Assembly: GCA_964631145.1 (NCBI GenBank) | Contig: CAZVXT010000001.1 | Span: 255,151 to 319,150 of the forward strand | Source: an uncultured Candidatus Saccharibacteria bacterium | GTDB lineage: Bacteria > Patescibacteriota > Doudnabacteria > UBA920 | Direction: 5' to 3' | DNA length: 64,000 nt | Shown here: positions 58,279 to 64,000 of the stretch, piece after piece | How the letters are laid out: each line of letters starts with the position of its first letter | Position numbering within the stretch: the first letter of the stretch is position 1 | Notes under the pieces: generated by a model | What the model was told of the DNA's origin: nothing | The model's input: the letters and a program-made list of their open reading frames with translations, nothing else | The model's database searches: none | Program-made: the position numbers and the translations under genes

Positions 58279-58400
58279 ATGTTTGATTTATATTAATCAT
58301 CATGAGCTTTCGGCACAGCCGACAGCTCTATATTGCACTGTGTAGTTAATTGGCTATAATTTTGTTGCCCTAAGGCAACGCCAGTTGAGCTACGGGTGCA
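58260..58400 (-). repeat. 20-bp near-identical repeat of the tRNA-Arg(GCG) 5' end enclosing hairpins
   Basis: CCAGCTGAGCTACGGGTGCA (58260-58279) versus CCAGTTGAGCTACGGGTGCA (58381-58400). Confidence 0.88.
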
Positions 58401-58515
58401 AATAAGATTACGATTTGAAAAGTAAATCTTTTATATTTTACTAAAAATCACAAAAAATATCAAGTCAGCGCTATAACTTTTATATTTATAAAATAATCCG
58501 TAGTATAATAAATAT

Positions 58516-59532
58516 ATGAACAAGGTTTTTGTCCGAAACATTTTAGCTCGCCGTTATTTAGATACTATGCTAGTGTTAGCAGTCGTAACTATCTTAGTTA
58601 CCAGAGTGTTTTTATTTTTAACAGGATGGCCAACTATAGGCGGAGCAACTCTTCATATTGCGCATATGCTGTGGGGTGGCTTGTTAATGCTTGCGGCAAT
58701 GATTTTGCTTTTTGGATTTTTAGATCGCAAATCACAAAATTTAGCAGCTATATTTGGCGGTATAGGTTTTGGGTTATTCATAGATGAGGTGGGGAAGTTT
58801 GTGACTCGTAACAATGATTATTTTTTTCAGCCCACGTTTACTATAATTTATTTTGTCTTTATAGCATTCTATTTTGTTATTAGAGAAATTGATAAACAGG
58901 TCCCTCTTAATAAAGTTGAACAGACTATAAATGTTTTAGAAATTTCAAAAGAAATTTTTTTACATGATCTAAATGCAGAAGAGCGAACTCAACTATTGAA
59001 TTTACTTTCTGTTAATCCCAAACATAGTAAAGTTTTTAATGCCCTGATGACCGAATTAAGTAAAACCCGTCTAGCTCCAGTTACTTCGTGGCAGAAGACT
59101 ACAGACAGATTTGATAAATTTGTTACAAATTTTTTAAAGCAAAGCATAACTGCAAATTTTATCTGGGTATTATTAATTCTACAAGGGCTTGTTTTTGCTA
59201 TTAGCTTTGGAAGGTACTGGTTAGAGATAACTTCTAGTATGGCAGATCGAGGGATTGTTATTATGGGAATTAGCTTTGCGGTATTTTCTTTTTTGTTTAT
59301 AATTTCTGGTTTAAGTATTTTTAACCGCAATCGCTACGAAGCCTATCGAAAATTTTATAAAGCAAATTTACTAGCAGTATTTTTAATCCAACCATTTGCG
59401 TTTTATGTGGCGACAATTTTACCTCTGTTTGCCTTAGGTATTAATTTGGTAAGTATATTCGCACTACAATATTTAATAGAACAAGAACAGAAGAAAATAG
59501 TTGTTAATACAGAGACAAGTCCAGCAGGTTAA
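58516..59532 (+). CDS. Polytopic membrane protein of unknown function
   Basis: LHIAHMLWGG, GFGLFIDEVGKFVT..NDYF motifs; about 8 TM helices. Confidence 0.8.
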   Translation: MNKVFVRNILARRYLDTMLVLAVVTILVTRVFLFLTGWPTIGGATLHIAHMLWGGLLMLAAMILLFGFLDRKSQNLAAIFGGIGFGLFIDEVGKFVTRNNDYFFQPTFTIIYFVFIAFYFVIREIDKQVPLNKVEQTINVLEISKEIFLHDLNAEERTQLLNLLSVNPKHSKVFNALMTELSKTRLAPVTSWQKTTDRFDKFVTNFLKQSITANFIWVLLILQGLVFAISFGRYWLEITSSMADRGIVIMGISFAVFSFLFIISGLSIFNRNRYEAYRKFYKANLLAVFLIQPFAFYVATILPLFALGINLVSIFALQYLIEQEQKKIVVNTETSPAG

Positions 59533-59593
59533 GCTGGACTTGTTTTTTATTCATGGCTATTTTATAATTGATTTTATACAAAAGGAGGCAACT

Positions 59594-60511
59594 ATGAAAT
59601 ATCGTAACGATTTAATGTTGGCATATATAGGTATGGCAGATGCGTATGCTTTGAGTGCGGAATTTGTTAATAAAAATAATTATCCAGATCAATTACAAAA
59701 ATGTTTAACGTTTGAAAAATATTTAATGAATCCGATTTTTAAACTAACACCAGGATGTTATACAGATGACACAGAAATGTCTGTGGCAAATGCCAGAGTG
59801 TTGATTAAAAATAATTATCCTTTTACAAAGCTGCAATTTGCTAATCAATATGTATTAGAATTTAAACTAGGTGGTTATAGAAAAGGCTATGCCGCCGGCT
59901 TTCAGGCTTTTTTAGAATCTATAAATTCTGGTGAAGAATTTTTACAAAAAATTCATAATAACTCAAATAAAAATGGAGCTGCTATGCGTTCTGTGCCAAT
60001 TGGTGTTCTTCTAAAAATTCATGATGTAATTGAAACTGCAACTTTGCAGGCAAGTATTACTCATAACACGGATCCTGGTTTATTTAGTGCAAGGGCTGTT
60101 GCATTGATGACGCATATGGCACTTTATACTGAATATCCGTTTGCTATGATTTCTCAATATTGTCGAGATTTTTTACCACATGAAGATTTTAAAAAGTTTG
60201 GAGAAATATTTACCAAGTCTTGGAAGGGGACTGCTGTGACAGGGTCTGCTGAGTATTCGATTGCCATTAGCACAGTTAGAGCAGTTCGGCATTTGTTAGA
60301 AAATTGTAATTCTTTAATGGATATATTAAAGACGTTAATAATTTGGGGAGGTGATACAGACAGCGTTGCGGCAATTGCATGGGGAATAGCATCTGCTCGT
60401 TATCAAAATGAAGTTCTACCTAGATTTATGCCCACGGATTTAGAATACGGCAAAGGTTACAGCTATTTATCGGATTTAAGTAATAGCTTGATGGCAAAAT
60501 ACGATAACTAG
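59594..60511 (+). CDS. ADP-ribosylglycohydrolase family protein
   Basis: DAY, YTDDTEM, NGAAMRS.P, ITH, GGDTDSVAAIA motifs; AAGGAGG at 59582-59588. Confidence 0.92.
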   Translation: MKYRNDLMLAYIGMADAYALSAEFVNKNNYPDQLQKCLTFEKYLMNPIFKLTPGCYTDDTEMSVANARVLIKNNYPFTKLQFANQYVLEFKLGGYRKGYAAGFQAFLESINSGEEFLQKIHNNSNKNGAAMRSVPIGVLLKIHDVIETATLQASITHNTDPGLFSARAVALMTHMALYTEYPFAMISQYCRDFLPHEDFKKFGEIFTKSWKGTAVTGSAEYSIAISTVRAVRHLLENCNSLMDILKTLIIWGGDTDSVAAIAWGIASARYQNEVLPRFMPTDLEYGKGYSYLSDLSNSLMAKYDN

Positions 60512-60582
60512 AAAAAGCGTCAATATAATATTGACGCTTTATTTTTATAATTATAAATTAGGAGCACAAATTAGTTTTGAGA

Positions 60583-61533
60583 TCAAACTTTATTTAAAAT
60601 ATCTAAAGCCTCCTCAGCACTTTTAGCTTCATATAAATTAGCTCTTAGCTCTCCAGCACCGTCAAAGCCATGGATATAAGCTTTAAAATGTCTCTTCATG
60701 ATGTCAAAGGGTTTGATGCCATTAAATAATTTATGATATAAAGCAATGTGTTCTTTTAATACAGAAATTTTTTCATCTTGAGTAACTAAGGTTTTGGATT
60801 GGTCAAATAACCAGGGGTTGCCAAAAATACCGCGACCAATCATAACACCATCACAGCCAGTAGTATTTATTTTTTCTTGAGCTTGGTGCAAATTTTCTAT
60901 ATCTCCATTACCAATAATTTTTGGTTTATATTGTTCTGTGTAATGTTGTTTGATAAAAGCAACAATGGCTGGCATAAGTTCCCAGTGAGCTGGAACTTTG
61001 CTCATCTCACTCCGTGTGCGCAAGTGAACCGCAATTGCTTCTGGTTTAGCCTCAAGCAATTTACTAATCCATGGTTGCCAATCGATTTTACTGTCACCGA
61101 TTCTAATTTTTACAGATATCGGTATCCTAGCTTCTTTAGAAGCAAGAACTATTTCTTTAGCAAGTTCTGGTGTTTTGAATAGTGCAGCGCAGGAACCAGT
61201 TTTAATAACATTCTTATCTGGGCATCCCATATTTATATCCATACCGTCAAAGCCCAGATCTTTTACAAGTAGTGCGGTTTGATAAAACTTTTCTGGGTTG
61301 GTTCCAAAGACTTGAGCGACTACCGGATGTTCAATATCATTTAGCTTTAAATGATGTAATAGTTTTTCTCGTCCTGCACTTTGAAGTCCTTCAGTAGATA
61401 CAAACTCAGTGTAGAATACATCGGGTTTACCATATTTTGCAATAATATATCTAAAAGCCGCATCTGTAACATCGTACATTGGTGCGAGTGCATAAAAAGG
61501 CTTATTTAGTTTTTCCCAAAAATTATTTTGCAT
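60583..61533 (-). CDS. dus: tRNA-dihydrouridine synthase
   Basis: LAPMYDVTD, DINMGCP, VKIRIG, HLRT, GNGDI, GVMIGRG..GNPW. Confidence 0.95.
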   Translation of the reverse strand: MQNNFWEKLNKPFYALAPMYDVTDAAFRYIIAKYGKPDVFYTEFVSTEGLQSAGREKLLHHLKLNDIEHPVVAQVFGTNPEKFYQTALLVKDLGFDGMDINMGCPDKNVIKTGSCAALFKTPELAKEIVLASKEARIPISVKIRIGDSKIDWQPWISKLLEAKPEAIAVHLRTRSEMSKVPAHWELMPAIVAFIKQHYTEQYKPKIIGNGDIENLHQAQEKINTTGCDGVMIGRGIFGNPWLFDQSKTLVTQDEKISVLKEHIALYHKLFNGIKPFDIMKRHFKAYIHGFDGAGELRANLYEAKSAEEALDILNKV

Positions 61534-61602
61534 AAATTATATTTTAGCCTAAAATGCCAAATAAAAAAAGCTCTATAAAAGAGCTTTGGTTGGAAAGTTG
61601 TT

Positions 61603-61914
61603 TTATTTCCAGCAAACGTCTTCAACTGTGGCAAAGTATTTTGACCGACAAAGAAATTTACTTTTTAAATCATACAATGCTACTGCATCTTTAATTAAGT
61701 CTTTTGGCAATGTAATTTCTGTAACTACTTCAAAACTTTGATCAGTATGAGATTCGTTAATAATAAAATCATAAGGTCCATTTGTGAACATTAAAAATTT
61801 ACGTCCTTCGTAAAAGAAATATATTTGCTTATGTTTTTCGCCATGACCTACTGTGGGTTCTATTATCAATTGAGCATGAAATAATTCTTCTGTTACATCT
61901 TCTATATTTGGCAT
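61603..61914 (-). CDS. Hypothetical protein
   Basis: 103 aa; AAGGAGG 7 nt before ATG; TTGACC-16-TATAAT. Confidence 0.72.
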   Translation of the reverse strand: MPNIEDVTEELFHAQLIIEPTVGHGEKHKQIYFFYEGRKFLMFTNGPYDFIINESHTDQSFEVVTEITLPKDLIKDAVALYDLKSKFLCRSKYFATVEDVCWK

Positions 61915-62106
61915 ATTTAAGCCTCCTTTTTATGTAAAATTAGCAACTCAGTTTTGTATGAACTAAAATTTGCTATCTATATTATAGTGGTTTTTTGACC
62001 TTGGTCAATGGCTGGGGGAGAGCGGTGGAAAACTTATAAAAAATACTTGCAAACTTTTTATGAGAGGAATATTATAACCAGGTGCAAAATTTTGCTTGGA
62101 GGAAAT

Positions 62107-62499
62107 ATGAAAACTTTACAGGATCAGCACGTTGATTATTTGATAATTTTGGTAGTTTCATTTTTTGTTTTGATCGCCAGTTTCTGGATTCACTTAAATT
62201 TTTGGATTATGTTTTGTATTTTAGCAATTGCAATTTGTTCTGCGGGTTATGCGGTTTATAAAATTTCTGTAATTTGCAAAACAATAAATACTTTCTCACA
62301 TGTATTACAGCTTAAACTTTGGAAACGCCCTAGTGAATACAAAGCTTGGAAAGAGCGAAAAATTCCAAAAGTTAATTTAAAAATAACAGAACTTTCTGAG
62401 CAGTTAATAAGCTTAAACCCTCAAGATCTACAATATCAAAAAATTTTACAAAATTTGAAAGATGTCAAAATAGCTTCAAAAATCACGGGCTTGTTATAA
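62107..62499 (+). CDS. Hypothetical two-TM membrane protein
   Basis: GGAGG 4 nt before ATG 62107; terminator at 62506-62536. Confidence 0.72.
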   Translation: MKTLQDQHVDYLIILVVSFFVLIASFWIHLNFWIMFCILAIAICSAGYAVYKISVICKTINTFSHVLQLKLWKRPSEYKAWKERKIPKVNLKITELSEQLISLNPQDLQYQKILQNLKDVKIASKITGLL

Positions 62500-62592
62500 A
62501 TTACAAAAATAGCGCTCTAATCATAGAGCGCTTTTTACATACTTGTAATTTAATAAATTTACTATTATAATGTATCAAATTTAGGAGGCTAT

Positions 62593-63024
62593 ATGAAATC
62601 TATAAAAAATCAAAAGAATTTTTATACTACAGGATATTTTTGCAGTGCCGGTGTTGTATTACTATCGTTAGCTGGTATGGCTTATAATTCGTATCCTTAT
62701 ATAATGATGATAGCGTTTTTTGCTGGTGTAATTTCTGCTATTGGATTTAGTATCTGTTACGATGTTTTTAAGCGAAGAGTAAAAGATTGGCAAGAAAATT
62801 TTTCCGACATTCCTTTAAATTGGAGTTCTGCCCCAGATCATGTTCTCTGGGTAAATAAAAATAGTGCCAAAGTAAGAAGTCAAATTGCTCTTGAAAGTCG
62901 CATTGTAACAAAGGAGCTAATGGAAAATTTAAATGGCAAAACACCTCCAGCAATTTTAGATCGGGCTGTAAAAAATCGAGTTATGCAAATTACTGCAGAA
63001 TACTTCGGCATAAAAGTTACATAA
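62593..63024 (+). CDS. Hypothetical two-TM membrane protein
   Basis: AGGAGG at 62583-62588; TTGTAA-17-TATAAT; terminator at about 63026-63060. Confidence 0.75.
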   Translation: MKSIKNQKNFYTTGYFCSAGVVLLSLAGMAYNSYPYIMMIAFFAGVISAIGFSICYDVFKRRVKDWQENFSDIPLNWSSAPDHVLWVNKNSAKVRSQIALESRIVTKELMENLNGKTPPAILDRAVKNRVMQITAEYFGIKVT

Positions 63025-63052
63025 CAAAAAGACTTGTCTATTATAGACAAGT

Positions 63053-64000
63053 CTATTTTTTATTGTGAAATCTTTTATGAATTTCGCGAAGCTGCTTATT
63101 GGTCACGTGAGTGTATATTTGAGTTGTTGTGATGGAGGCATGTCCGAGTAAAGTTTGGACACTTCTAATGTCGGCGCCGTTTTGCAACAAGTCAGTAGCA
63201 AATCCATGTCTAAAAGTATGAGGGGTTACTTTGTGCATAATACCGGCAAGTCCTGCATATTTTTTTACCAATCTCTGGACGCTGCGAGCGGTTAATCCGG
63301 GGATCATTTGGTTACCGCCAATGGATTCGATTTGTCTTTCTACGCTATTGCCAACTTTGCTATGGCTAACAAATAGGGCAGGGTTGTTGTCGTTACGTTT
63401 TTTTAAATAATTTTTAATAGCTTTAGCAGCTTCGTCGGACATAAAAACTAATCTAAGCTTATCTCCCTTACCACGGACAGTAAATTCGCCGCGCTCAAAA
63501 TTTAACTGTTTAATTTTTAGTTGTACAAGTTCTGAGATACGTACACCGCTAGAGAAGAGAAGTTCTAAAATTGCCAAATCCCTTAAGCGAGCAACTTCAT
63601 TATTTTCTCTGCTGGTTGCTTCTTTAATGCGATCAAGTTCATCAATTGTTACCACATCAACTTCTCGGCTTGGATTTTTTGGTAATTCTATTTTTTCTGC
63701 TGATAGAGTATCTATATCTCTTTTAGCTAGATACTTTAAAAATGCTCTCACTGCAATGATGTGATAGTTCTGAGTGATGATTTTTAGATTGCGACCTGTG
63801 CGTTCGTCTGTAAGACGGTTTAAATAAAGTCTGTAGCTTCTAACAACTTCTAGATTTACTTGTTTTGGGTCAGTGATATTTTGTGACTTACAGAAAGTGG
63901 AGAAGCGGGAAAGATAGTGGTCGTAGTTGCGAATAGTCTTTTGGGACTTATTTTTTTCTATTTCGCAGTATTCTAAAAAATCCTGAACAAATTTAGCGAT
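63053..64000 (-). CDS. XerC/XerD-family tyrosine recombinase (5' end outside window)
   Basis: Frame open to the window edge (IAKFVQDFLEYCEIEKNKSQKTIRNY…); SGVRISEL, GKGDKLR, HTFRHGFAT, LGHASITTTQIYTH. Confidence 0.93.
   Translation of the reverse strand: MAKFVQDFLEYCEIEKNKSQKTIRNYDHYLSRFSTFCKSQNITDPKQVNLEVVRSYRLYLNRLTDERTGRNLKIITQNYHIIAVRAFLKYLAKRDIDTLSAEKIELPKNPSREVDVVTIDELDRIKEATSRENNEVARLRDLAILELLFSSGVRISELVQLKIKQLNFERGEFTVRGKGDKLRLVFMSDEAAKAIKNYLKKRNDNNPALFVSHSKVGNSVERQIESIGGNQMIPGLTARSVQRLVKKYAGLAGIMHKVTPHTFRHGFATDLLQNGADIRSVQTLLGHASITTTQIYTHVTNKQLREIHKRFHNKK

Noticed and set aside
61603-64000. Integron: tyrosine recombinase next to small ORFans
   Set aside because: The protein reads as a housekeeping XerC/D type. 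The neighbouring genes have their own promoters, mixed orientation and ordinary terminators, and I found no attC-like sites.
1-64000. CRISPR array, rRNA, tmRNA, RNase P RNA, IS transposase or prophage
   Set aside because: No regularly spaced repeats, no recognisable conserved motifs of these RNAs, and no transposase or phage structural genes seen.
1-64000. Alternative genetic code (TGA as Gly or Trp)
   Set aside because: Long conserved genes are intact under code 11, Trp is encoded by TGG, and TGA serves as a stop (e.g. pilB).

Overview
AT-rich bacterial chromosomal segment. The gene repertoire points to a Patescibacteria/CPR genome, possibly Doudnabacteria (inference): type IV pilus pilB-pilC-pilM/N/O with no secretin in the cluster, a large S-layer-like protein, a lamin-tail surface protein, solitary CCA-encoding tRNAs and few metabolic genes. 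Core genes include rpmF, nusB, HU, holA, typA, a DEAD-box helicase, a pseudouridine synthase, dus, a Xer recombinase cut by the window edge, a MacAB-type and three other ABC exporter genes, and seven tRNAs (Gly-TCC, Pro-TGG, Lys-CTT, Arg-TCG, His-GTG, Arg-TCT, Arg-GCG). There is also a 2336-aa SpvB/FG-GAP/RHS polymorphic toxin with an overlapping candidate immunity gene. The strongest unexplained pattern is a split in expression signals. Recognisable core genes have no Shine-Dalgarno sequence, and ten genes start exactly 6 nt after a -10 box (leaderless). In contrast, 16 stand-alone accessory genes and 3 micro-ORFs carry a strong (A)GGAGG; nearly all have their own sigma70-like promoter, many have their own terminator, and several sit next to tRNAs. 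Other notable signals: uORF/terminator leaders before typA and the S-layer gene, a uORF before HU, a roughly 600-nt structured S-layer leader, a kissing-loop RNA ahead of tRNA-His, two hairpin-rich mini-elements bounded by duplicated tRNA-Arg ends, and a candidate -1 frameshift gene. All calls come from reading the sequence; no searches were run.
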